Positions 12,227-23,510 of a DNA stretch of 64,000 bases are shown piece after piece. The stretch covers positions 2,433,959-2,497,958 of the forward strand of contig JBNZDD010013642.1 in assembly GCA_050575255.1 (NCBI GenBank), in the 5' to 3' direction. The notes under the pieces were generated by a model. The model was not told the DNA's origin, made no database searches, and saw only the letters and a program-made list of their open reading frames with translations. The DNA comes from Harriotta raleighana (taxonomy: Eukaryota). The translations under genes were made by a program, and so were the position numbers. The number at the start of each line of letters is the position of its first letter. Within the stretch, counting starts at the first letter, position 1.

Positions 12227-13309
12227 TACTAGGAATACCATTATTACAAAGCATATACCTATGATTTTCTGCGTAGATAATTTCATTCAGGTAGATACTA
12301 GGTATATTCTGCACCATGTTTAAACTATGCATAAACTCAGCTGTGATATTCACAATATGTAAACACATATGTGCAGCGGGAATTACATGTGCTTAATGAT
12401 GTAATTAACAGCTAATGTAAAGGATATGTTTTTGGATGTAACTTGGTCTTTACACAACAGATGTTTGCCATTAAGACCGACACATTTATCAGATGCAAGG
12501 GTCATTGCAGACATATTTATTGCTTCACATATTTAAGACCAGCATATATATTAACATTTTAAAAATCATGTAATTATGGAATGATTTTTTTAAAAAGCTG
12601 ATTGGTTCTGTGGTTAAAATGAAATCAGTTTGCACCATTTTTGTTGTTGATGCTCAAATCCCAGAGTAATTAAGATCAAAACAGACTCAAAAGGGCAATA
12701 GATTATGAATATTATTTGTTCAGTTGTTTTCTAATGTAGTCCCAGGATAGTTTGAAAGAAAGCAAAGCTGCTTTAAAAGCTGTAGAAGGAAGGTTAACTT
12801 GATTGTTGTTCAATTTGTATTAAACAACAAGATTGCTGATGTTTTCCATTAACTAATCCAGTCTTCACACTATCACTTTAATGTGGCAAACTGCATTTCT
12901 ATTGTGGCATTGCACACAGACACACACTTGCTGGTGGGAATGCCTACATATCCAAAAATGACTCAATGATGTGATTATGGGAAAAACATGGAGAACATAG
13001 TTTCCCTATATGCAGTCTGTAAGGCAACTAAAGTCACACACACTGCATTTCACAGTCATACCCAAAGCTAATTTTGCCTACAGTCAATTCACTTTACAGT
13101 ATATTCTGTGAAGCCCTTTGGGACATCGATAAGATGTGAAAAGCGCTGTATCAAATGCAAGGATCATTATTATATAATTGTATTATTCTGAAAGGGAATG
13201 AGCTGCGTTAATCTGTACTGTAGTGCAGTTTATTTATAAAAGGATCTATGGGTGACAAAAATCCCTTATATTTCTGTTCCTCATTTATTCGTATCTTATG
13301 TTTATACAN

Positions 13310-14694
13310 GAGAGAGACTATGATTGGGGGAGAGAGAGTCTGAGAGTGAGAGACTGAGATTAGGGGAGAGAGAGTGTGAGAGAGAGACTGTGATTGGGAG
13401 AGAGAGACACGCCCCCTTTGGAGCCCATGCTCCAACTCATGCGAATGAGGTATAAAAAAAACTCGACTTTAAAAGGACCCAGAATGAGTTTAGACCCGAC
13501 ATTAAACGTGTCACTGGATAACTTCCAGTTAATGGAATCGTGACTTTTTTTTGAGGTGGCGGTTGAACGGGTTTTCCGATTATTCGAGTCACGGATAAAC
13601 AAGATTTTACTGTACTAGGAATACCATTATTACAAAGCATATACCTATGATTTTCTGCGTAGATAATTTCATTCAGGTAGATACTAGGTATATTCTGCAC
13701 CATGTTTAAACTATGCATAAACTCAGCTGTGATATTCACAATATGTAAACACATATGTGCAGCGGGAATTACATGTGCTTAATGATGTAATTAACAGCTA
13801 ATGTAAAGGATATGTTTTTGGATGTAACTTGGTCTTTACACAACAGATGTTTGCCATTAAGACCGACACATTTATCAGATGCAAGGGTCATTGCAGACAT
13901 ATTTATTGCTTCACATATTTAAGACCAGCATATATATTAACATTTTAAAAATCATGTAATTATGGAATGATTTTTTTAAAAAGCTGATTGGTTCTGTGGT
14001 TAAAATGAAATCAGTTTGCACCATTTTTGTTGTTGATGCTCAAATCCCAGAGTAATTAAGATCAAAACAGACTCAAAAGGGCGATAGATTATGAATATTA
14101 TTTGTTCAGTTGTTTTCTAATGTAGTCCCAGGATAGTTTGAAAGAAAGCAAAGCTGCTTTAAAAGCTCTAGAAGGAAGGTTAACTTGATTGTTGTTCAAT
14201 TTGTATTAAACAACAAGATTGCTGATGTTTTCCATTAACTAATCCAGTCTTCACACTATCACTTTAATGTGGCAAACTGCATTTCTATTGTGGCATTGCA
14301 CACAGACACACACTTGCTGGTGGGAATGCCTACATATCCAAAAATGACTCAATGATGTGATTATGGGAAAAACATGGAGAACATAGTTTCCCTATATGCA
14401 GTCTGTAAGGCAACTAAAGTCACACACACTGCATTTCACAGTCATACCCAAAGCTAATTTTGCCTACAGTCAATTCACTTTACAGTATATTCTGTGAAGC
14501 CCTTTGGGACATCGATAAGATGTGAAAAGCGCTGTATCAAATGCAAGGATCATTATTATATAATTGTATTATTCTGAAAGGGAATGAGCTGCGTTAATCT
14601 GTACTGTAGTGCAGTTTATTTATAAAAGGATCTATGGGTGACAAAAATCCCTTATATTTCTGTTCCTCATTTATTCGTATCTTATGTTTATACA
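13310..14694 (+). repeat. Near-identical tandem copy of ~11944-13308 (offset 1386), probably an assembly duplication
   Basis: Copies are separated by a single N at 13309. Identical ORFs appear at 12051 and 13437. Only a few substitutions seen. Confidence 0.92.
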
Positions 14695-15380
14695 CATTTT
14701 ACTGATTGCTGAATGTTTGCCGGAACCAGACCACTTGTTTGAGAGCGCAGAGCAAGATTGACATTAATAGGACCGTGAAGTAGTACAAACTGCATGCTAA
14801 CTGCTCACCTACAGCAAAGACTATTGATTTTTTTTCATGAGGTGCTGGAATTGTATGATATGCAGAGTCTGATATTGACATTCGGACTTGCCTTGGGTAA
14901 GTAAATTTTGACCTGGGGCATGTAGAGTATCCATCATTGCCAGAGTTTCTGTGTTGAAAGATATAGTGATGCCACTTGATGTTTATATTCTGGTAATATA
15001 GTTCTCACACTACAGATCTGTTATAAAAGAAAAAGATTGACATTATTTTTATTACTATTAAACATGTTACATGCACTGTATTTATTTTATATTTATCAAT
15101 GCATCAATCCTTTAACAATGCATCAAATAACAAAATTGGTTATCTATTTAAAATAAATAAACTGTACATTGTTAATTATTCTGCTGGTAGATCTGCAGCC
15201 TAAATGTTTTGCACGCAGAAAGCAGACAAGAATTCAAAAATCTAATATTTGCTTGCTAAGTTATTTGTCGGACTGATAAAATAAATCCAGCTTTATGGGA
15301 TAACTCATCTAAAAAGTCAGATTAAAAGGTTATTAACCATTCAAGCTACTTTTCTTTTGCAATCATATGAGCAAGTTTNN

Positions 15381-15469
15381 CAAGTTTTTGCCCTGATCTG
15401 CCTGGATTCGAACACAGGTCTCATGCTTGTAAGGCGAGTGCTCTAACCACTGAGCCACAGGAGCTCCAC
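15381..15469 (-). mobile_element. SINE head fragment (GGAGCTCCTGTGGCTCAGT subfamily), truncated at an NN join
   Basis: Minus-strand A box TGGCTCAGTGG and B box GTTCGAATCC. Confidence 0.85.
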
Positions 15470-15587
15470 AATGTTAAAGTCATAGTATGGACCTGCCAAA
15501 TCCCATACCGATTTGGGTGCAACATCTCCATTGAGATTTAGGCCAGGTTATGATCTGTCAGTGCAGCAGTGCTGTGCCAGCTCTGCT

Positions 15588-16692
15588 ATAATAATAATAA
15601 TCCTTGCATTTGATATAGTGCTTTTCACATCTTATCAATGTCTCAAAGTGCTTCACAGAATATATCAAGCAGACATACACAGAATGGTGGAATGGGCTGA
15701 CATGTGGCAGATGGATTTCAATGTGGATAAGTGTGAGGTCATACACTTAGGTAGGAAAAATGATAGGAGGCAATATAGTCTTGGTAGCTCAATCTTAAGG
15801 GGGGTGAACTGGGAGATCTGGGTGTTCAAGTAAGCGAATCATTAAAGGTAGCAGGGCAGGTAGATAAGGCAGTAAAAAAGGCATTTGGTGTATTGAGCTT
15901 TATTAGTAGGGGCATAGAGTTTAAGAGTAGGCAAGTTATGCTTAATTTATACAAAACACTGGTTAGGCCTCAGCTGGAGAACTGCATCCAGTTCTGGGCA
16001 CCTTACTACAGGAAGGACATTAAGGCACTGGAAAGGGTGCAGAGGCGATTCACGAGAATGATTCCAGGAATGCGGAACCTTAGCAATGCGGACAGGCTGG
16101 AGAAGTTAGGACTTTTCCCATTAGAGCAGAGAAGACTACGCGGGGACCTGATAGAGGTCTTCAAGATCATGAAAGGTTTCGACAGGTTGGATAGGGAAAA
16201 GCTGTTTCCGCTGGTAGGTGTGTCTGTGACCCGAGGTCACAGTCTTAAGATATCTACCAAAAGAAGCAGAGGGGAGGTTAGAAGAAAAAAATTTATTCAG
16301 CGAGTTGATCGAATTTGGAATGATCTGCCTGAAAGGATAGTGAGGTCTGATTCGATAGCAGCTTTTAAGAGAGAACTGGATAGGTATCTGGGGAAGACGG
16401 GTTTGCAGGGTTATAGGGAGAAAGCTGGTGATTGGGGTTAATAAAAGTGACATTGCTCTGTCAAAGAGCCGGCACAGACTCGATGGGCCGAATGGCCTCC
16501 TTCTGTGCCATAACATTCTATGATTCTATGATATTATAAAATGAACTGACTATATATTTGTGGGCGGAACGCGGCAGCCAATTGTGCACAGCAGTGTCCC
16601 ACAAACAGTTGTGGATTGAAATGATCTATTTTTATCATTATGGTTTTTTTGGAGGGATTATTATTAGGCATGTGGAGTAAGGAAACTTGCCA
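15588..16692 (-). mobile_element. SINE split by the CR1 insertion (pieces 15588-15665 and 16531-16692)
   Basis: The SINE consensus stops at CACAGAATATAT and resumes after the CR1 tail at ATATTATAAAATGAACTGAC. Confidence 0.85.
15666..16530 (+). mobile_element. CR1 LINE, 5'-truncated (ORF2 RT C-terminus and 3' UTR)
   Basis: WADMWQMDFNVDKCEVIHLG and LYKTLVRPQLENCIQFWAPYYRKDI...LEQRRLRGDLIEVFKIMKG motifs. Ends in (ATTCTATG)2 with a possible ATAT duplication. Confidence 0.95.
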
Positions 16693-16840
16693 AAGTGCCT
16701 TCCACATTGGGAAGATGTCTCAAAGCACTTCATAGGATTTACTACAAAGTGTAGAGACAGTGTATTTGAGGCCAAAGCCATCAGTCAATTTGTGTAGGAA
16801 TTCCCATAACATTCCTGAAGTGAATGACTATTACCTTTTT

Positions 16841-17145
16841 GGAGCCCTGTAGCTTAGTGGTTAGAGCATTCGCCTTGCCTACGAGAGATCTGGTTTCGAT
16901 TCCAGGCAGGACGAAACCTTGGGCAAGTTTCCTTACTCCACACAACTAATATCAATCCCTCAAAAAAAAATTTGGTCACTCAATCCACGACTGTTTGTGG
17001 GACACAACTGTGCGCAATTGGCTGCTGTGTTTTGCCCACAAGTATAGAGTCAATTCATTTTACACTACACTATATTCTGTGAAGAACTTTGAGACGTCTA
17101 GAAGATGTGAAAAGCGCTATATCAAATGCATGGTTTATTATTATT
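16841..17145 (+). mobile_element. Full-length tRNA-headed SINE
   Basis: GGAGCCCTGTAGCTTAGTGGTTAGAGC (A box), GTTTCGATTCC (B box), core and (ATT)n tail. Confidence 0.9.
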
Positions 17146-17233
17146 GAGCAGCTTTCAATTGAGACGATTTGGTGAATTTGACTTTGAAACAAAAAACAAG
17201 CCTAACAGATCTCTCCGGAATTGTAATAAACTA

Positions 17234-17720
17234 CAGTGAAAGCCCGTTTATCCATGACTTGATGAACCGGAACCTCTGTTTTCCCCATCCGATTAACCGG
17301 AAGTTATCTGGCAGCATAGCGGTGGCACATTTAATGAATCGATTGTCACACGAGAGCACTGTCGTGAGCTTTAAAGTCGTGCTGCTGTTTTTTTAAATTC
17401 GCGCTACCATTTTTTTCCTCCTGTGGCAACTGCCATTGCAGAAGTTAACTATAAATAATAAAGTACCAATCCAATATTCTGTTATTACAGTATCTGTTAT
17501 TACTGTATTTAGTGTATTATTTATATGGTACAGTGTACAACATTTACAATAAAGTATCCAATACAATATTCTATTATTATCTGTTATTATTTAGTCTATT
17601 ATTAATATCGTATGTGTTAAAATAAGTTAATTTTTTTGTGTTGGGTTTTTGGTGTAGGATCCGACCGTTTAACTGGCATTGACCAGGTCCCACAGGTGCC
17701 GGATAAACAGGCTTTTACTG
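17234..17720. mobile_element. pogo/Tigger-like MITE, same family as 11288-12226, opposite orientation
   Basis: TA|CAGTGAAAGCCCGTTTATCC ... GGATAAACAGGCTTTTACTG|TA. Shares the internal TTAATAATAGACTAAATAATAACAG module (reverse strand, ~17581). Confidence 0.87.
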
Positions 17721-17742
17721 TAATATGATTTTTGTTTTATAG

Positions 17743-17904
17743 CTCCTGAAGATGTTCAGACTCCATCTGCTGTTCCTTTGTCTGATTCATTACTGATGTC
17801 ATGGCCATCGCCAGACCAACCAAATGGTATTATCACCCATTATTCTCTGTTCAAAGAGGGTCAACTGATCTACACCGGAAACGAACAAACATACAACGTG
17901 ACTG
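17743..17904 (+). CDS. USH2A: Usherin exon (exon-32 equivalent), FN3 N-half
   Basis: TTTTTGTTTTATAG acceptor, G|GTAAGC donor, 162 nt. Encodes APEDVQTPSAVPLSDSLLMSWPSPDQPNGIITHYSLFKEGQLIYTGNEQTYNVT. Confidence 0.95.
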
Positions 17905-18049
17905 GTAAGCTTCAGTATTTCAGCATTTGTACTGAAAGCCAAAATGACCAATTATGTGTGATCTCGTATAGAAAATGTGCACTAATTTTGTTGCACCAAA
18001 TTTCAAACTAATTATAATCCCTGAATTTAATGTAGCTCCTTGTAACACC

Positions 18050-18175
18050 TTTGAGATGTCTCAAAGCGCATCACAGAATATATTGTAACGTGACTAGACT
18101 ATATTTTGTGGAGAAAACGCAGGAGCCAAGTGCGCACAGAAGTGTTCCACAAACTGTCGTGGATTGAGTGACCCA
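18050..18175 (-). mobile_element. SINE core/tail fragment
   Basis: Reverse complement of the family core and tail. Confidence 0.8.
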
Positions 18176-21134
18176 TATTATTAGTAATATTATATCACAT
18201 ATTATTAGTATTACAGTATTATTGAAATTTTTTGCTTTGTGTGAGAAAGTCAGGTTTTGCATCATGTGAACTAAGTTGTTGACACACACCCAACAGTGCA
18301 TATTTACATCAAATAATGGGGAAGGTGAATCCTATTCCAATTTAGGTACACAATCTCTGTAGCACTGAGACTGAGGCAAAGGTTGTGGTCTGGTGGTGCC
18401 TATCCAGGGACTTCACAGAAGATACTCTACATGTGACGCTTCTACATTTTCATCTCCTTACCCGACACTGGAAAAACAAACTTTTTTTTAACACTAAAGC
18501 TGCAGACTTCACTTACCTCTACCCTGCTTGATGTAGCTCAGATAAGATATCAAACATTACAAGACCCAGAACCTGCATCTGTTCTTGTTGTGAGGCATAG
18601 AGAACTAGCATGTGATCCCTAGCCCTCAGTCATCTTACATTGGCATGCCTCATCCAGTGTCAATTGGATATGCCCCATTAAGATAACTGGAGACTAATTA
18701 GGAGTGGGTCCATGATCTTTAAAACTACATTCATGCTAACATTCTGAAATGACCATGTTCACTTAGTATTATTTTATAACCTAAAATGTATCACGACATG
18801 CAATTTTATATCTTGTAGTGGGCGAGACTACTGCCTTTCATTTTTCTTAGAATGCAAAACCTCTTCCAAATTATAACAAATTATTGGGCGAAAGGATTAT
18901 GTGTATGGTGTATCTCACATAAGCATAGGCAACAGTTAACAGGCAAGCATCTGAAAGAAAAATCCTTAACCATGGCTATAAATTATTTATCGTTCTAATC
19001 TTTTAGTGTTCATCTGTTTATTTCGTAAAATAAGATCAATGAAGTTCTCCAACAATAGCAGGAAATCAATTGGAAAATAGCGCATCATTTATAGCTCTTA
19101 TTGTAAATTATAGCTTGTTTGACAATAATCGGGTAGGCTCCCACACAGCAGATGTAATTTCTTGTAACACATCTTCAGATAATGTTTGTTGATCCATTTC
19201 TAATGCATCTACAGTGATCTGTTTTTCTTATCCTGGATGCTTGATCTTATGCAAATAGTATAATCCTTAGAATACTGAAGATTGCCTTGTTAACACTAAT
19301 AGGATGGGAATAGATTGTCACAAACCATATTGCAGGAAGGCATCATGCTAATATCTAACCTAACGAAAACTCCAAAAGACTGTTATTGTCTACTGGGAAA
19401 GGACTAAATTGTTGTTTGTGGGAGTTTTCTGGAAGAGGTGAGAGGAAGGGCTTGTGGTCATGTAAAGGGTGTTTCATGCGGCGAGTTCTCCCGATGCTTT
19501 TCATCCATTTAAACGGCAATACAAACAGGGAAAAGAACCATCTTTTACCATCAAACTGATTGAACAACAAGTCGCATTTACATAGCGTTTTAAGCATTTC
19601 TGCATCAATCTCTGACTTGAATAGTGGGCTATAATACCCAAAGCTACTTCCCCTGCACATAGTGGTATTGGGCCCTGGCTGATTCAACTAAGGATAGTAG
19701 CAACTTCCACTCAACTTCCTTAATTGTCCTGACAATTAAGGCTAACTCAATACAGACTAGCACTGACCAGTGACAGCAGTTGAATGGTGCATTACAGCAG
19801 ATCACAGCGATTTTCAGGGGCTGCAGAGAAAATTATGGGGAATATTTTAAAGTAAATAGACAACTAGTGAGACGGCAGTGGGGATCGTTCATGCCATAAT
19901 AATGTACATCTGAATGGTTTCCCTAAGGGAGCTGAGGGCCCAATGAGAGAGCTTTCAATGCAAAAATGCTGGGTTGAAAAAAGTAGTTTGCTGCTGTCAG
20001 AACCAGCAGAGCATACAGAACAGCACCTTCTAGAAACTCAAATGCCTGAGGATTTTAATTGTAACATTCCTCAGATTTCCAGATGAAGACGATCATCTGA
20101 GTGGCCAGGGACAAAAGCACTCTTGTACTTAGTAGTATCAAAAACTAAATGAATGCTGTTTTTTTTCACCTGGGATCACCAAGGCTTCCTGCAGTGAAAA
20201 GAATCCCCAGGCTGCTGGGCTAATGTGTCATTTATACACCCCATTAAAATGTATCATGGGATAGATGGATAGGCAGTCCCAATTGTTTACTTCTCAAATG
20301 GATTAGCGGGTATTGGGAAATCAAAACAAGTTGAAATAGTGATAAAATGGGAAGACGAAATGAGATTTCATGGGGTAAAACGGAACCAAAATTTCAATAA
20401 GAAATGCTGTTCTTTCCCTGAGGATATGCAATGAATGTTCGTTGATCTGTGAGAAGAAAGGGGTTGTGATTCCTTCAATGACTTTCTGATGACTGTTTCA
20501 TATTATAGGTGTCAGGAAAAAGACAAAGCATTTTTCATTATGAAGGAGATTAAAACAGAGGTAATACACTGGTAAAGTACACATATATACAGCAATAAAA
20601 CTTAGGAGAGATAGGTATGTTTAATTGAGTATAATCGAAATCTTGAACTAGAAAAATGATTCAGTATGAGATATCTGTAACCCAGTATCATGGATTCAAT
20701 TGAGGTGTCTGAATCTCTAAGATTCCCTACCCCATCATTGGAAGGATGATGAAACAAATAACAAATGGATTAGGATTTGAAGATAATAGTTGGTAAATTG
20801 GTGGAAAATACAAGTGAACAGAACAGTCAAAAACAGATACGTTATTTATCTTAGCATCTCAAAATAGACTACATCTCTTTGAATAATTAGGAATACCTTT
20901 TTGGGGAAGTTGACTTGGTAACATTTGAACTGGAGAGAGTTACAGTACATAACAACTTGCATTTTGTTTTTTAACTGTAACAATAACATTTATATAGTCT
21001 CCTTCATGTAATAATAATTACATTTGATACAATGCCTTATCAAATCTTCGAGACATCTCAAAGCACTTCACAGAATATACTGTAAAGTGAATTAATTGTA
21101 TAATTAAGGGTAAATGTTTTGTAGCATTTCAGGT

Positions 21135-22040
21135 AATAATCCTTACTTTTGATATAGAACCTGTCATGTCAAGAGAACGTCTTAAAGCATTTCACAGAAT
21201 ATCTTTATAAAGTAGAGTGACTGCGTGGTTTATGAGTGAATGGTCAATTTGTGCACTACAATGTCCCACAAACAGCCATGAAGTAAATGACCAATTTTAT
21301 TTGGGGAATTGTTGGCCAAGGGGACATTGGGAGAAACTCTCTTCTCTTTTCGAACAGTGCCACAGGATCTTTAACATTCACTTGAACATAAGGATAATAA
21401 TAATAAAATATAATCCTTGCATTTGATATAGCGCTTTTCACATTTTATTGACATCCCAAAGCGCTTCACAGAATATACTGTAAAGTGAATTGACTGTATA
21501 TTTGTGGGTGGAATGCGGCAGGCAATTGTGCACAGCAGTGTCCCACAAACAGTAATGGATTTAAATGACCAATTTTATTATTGTGGTTTTTTTTTGGAGG
21601 GATTATTATTAGGCATGTGAAGTAAGGAAACTTGCCCAAGGTTTCACCTTGATCTACCTGGATTCGAACACAGGTTTCATGGCTTGTAAGGCGAGTGCTC
21701 TAACCACTGAGCCACAGGAGCAGTAATAGGCCATTCGGCCCCTCAAGCCTGCCTCGCCATTCAATAACACCATGGCTGATCTTCTAATCTATCTCCACCT
21801 GCCTGCCTTATTCCCATATCCCTTAATCCCTCTATCCATAAAACAGATAATCTCAGACAGACAGACAGAAAGCCCAAGTTGGCGCCTTGGTTTAACTTCG
21901 TATTAAAGGCCGACACCTACTATCATGCAGCATATCCCTGGCACTGTAGTGGAGTGTCACCTTAAATTATATGAGTTCCAAGTCCCATCATGGGGCTTGA
22001 ACTCACATCCTTCTCACTCAGATATGAGAGTGCTACCAAA
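21135..22040 (-). mobile_element. Older Deu-domain SINE (SacSINE1/AmnSINE1-like), interrupted by a young SINE (21405-21721) and a CR1 3' fragment (~21723-21840)
   Basis: Minus strand reads TAAAGATCCTGTGGCACTGTTCGAAAAGAGAAGAGAGTTTCTCCCAATGTCCCCTTGGCCAAC (Deu-like). A tRNA-type head with GTTCAAGCCCC lies at ~21990-22040. Confidence 0.72.
21405..21721 (-). mobile_element. Near full-length young SINE
   Basis: Complete tail, core and head (GCTCCTGTGGCTCAGTGGTTAGAGCACTCGCC). Confidence 0.92.
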
Positions 22041-22391
22041 CCTCTACAGTATTTTGACAATAGATGGTAACAGTCACAAACTACATGAGAGTTAGGTCAG
22101 ACGACAGCCTTGGTTTGTTAGAGCTAGCTACAAAAAAAGGGCCAAATTGAAATAAAAGATAATGAGATTACTATTGTGGAAAAATCAGAAAGTGTGAGTA
22201 GCGGGTAATAAGACGTAGTTTCATATATTGGAGTGAGAAGGGTGTATCACGTGAAGAGAAAAACAACAACAACAATATTCAATTTAGAGAGCAACTTTCA
22301 CGTTGGGAGAAAGAAGAAGGAATTCAGAGTAAATATTTTTTGCTCTGTTAAGAGATCACATGCATTGTATTTGAACCTGTCTCCAAGATGT

Positions 22392-22713
22392 GGAGTCCTG
22401 TAGCTCAGTGGTTAGAGCACTTGTATTACAAGTGTGCGACCTACTTTCGAATCCAGCCAGGCCAGGGCGAAATCTTGTTTTCTTAGCAAGTTTCCTTACT
22501 CCACATGCCTGATAATAATCTCTCAAAAAAAACTATAATAAATTGGTCATTTCAATCCACGACTGTTTGTGGGACACTGCTGTGCGCAATTGGCTGCCAC
22601 GATTCACCCACAAATATACAGTCAATTCACTGTACAATTTATTCTGTGAAGTACTTTGAGACATCTAGAAGACGTGTTAAGAGCCATATCAAATGCAAGG
22701 ATTATTATTATTA
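22392..22713 (+). mobile_element. Full-length SINE
   Basis: GGAGTCCTGTAGCTCAGTGGTTAGAGC ... AAATGCAAGGATTATTATT. Confidence 0.92.
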
Positions 22714-22779
22714 TCTCTTAATTCTTGTCTGATAAAAAGATTGTCAGCTTGGCAGATGTTCATTGTCTTTGGTGATCTG

Positions 22780-23155
22780 TGAATTTACATCTCAAGAAAT
22801 ACAGCACAAATTAGTATCTCCCAAGTGCAAGGTGCAATTAATCCATTTTAAGACTCTTAATCAGTTAGATTGCACGACACCCAAACTGGGGTTGATGGGG
22901 ATTAGTACATCTGATACATGTTGGAGTTGTAGGGAGGGCATGGGTGCTCCTCCACAAGCAGAAGATTACTGCACATTGTGAAACTACGGATTCCAAAGCA
23001 AGAATTCTGGATAGCCATTCTTGACAATAAATCATCACAGAACAAATTGGGCTGGGATTTGCAGTCAAGACGCTGAGCATAAAAACAAGTATTTCAGGGA
23101 TCAATGAGAGTTGGATAAGACAATACAATTTACAATTTGGTAAGACACAGGCCAT
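22780..23155 (+). mobile_element. Decayed L1/Tx1-clade LINE ORF2 C-terminal (zf-RVT) fragment
   Basis: The ORF reads VQLIHFKTLNQLDCTTPKLGLMGISTSDTCWSCREGMG. This resembles the LIQFKILHR...KL..MG...SD.CW.C zinc-binding end of fish L1 ORF2. Confidence 0.62.
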
Positions 23156-23193
23156 AGAGAGAATTTCACACTAGCTTCAGAATAAACAAATGT

Positions 23194-23510
23194 TAATAAT
23201 AATAATAATAATCCTTGCCTTTGATATAGTGCTTTTCATGTCTTCTAGACATCTCAAAGCACTTCACAGAATATACAATAAAGTGAATTGACTATATATG
23301 TGGGTGAAACACAGCAGCCAATTGTGCACAGCAGCGTCCCACCAACAGACATGGATTGAAATGACCATTTTATTTTTGTTTTTATTTTGAGGTATTATTA
23401 TTAGGATGTGGAGTAAGGAAACCTGCCCAAGGTTTTGTCCTGCTGGGAATTGTACCCAGGCCTCTTGCTTACAAGGCGAATGCTCTAACCACTGAGCTAC
23501 AGGTCTCCAC
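23194..23510 (-). mobile_element. Full-length SINE
   Basis: Reverse complement of head, core and (ATT)n tail. Confidence 0.92.

Noticed and set aside
11596-12368. Ser/Leu-rich ORFs of 100-165 aa, repeated at 13.2-13.7 kb
   Set aside because: They derive from the GA minisatellite and MITE, and the second set comes from the duplicated block.
15893-16441. 182-aa reverse-transcriptase-like ORFs (also 51039-51587 and 63547-63882) as a functional RT system
   Set aside because: Standard truncated, frameshifted or deleted CR1 ORF2 fragments. None is complete within the window.
22392-22470. tRNA-like sequences with A and B boxes (here and in about 12 other places)
   Set aside because: They are SINE heads: each continues into the same core and tail and lacks a proper acceptor stem.
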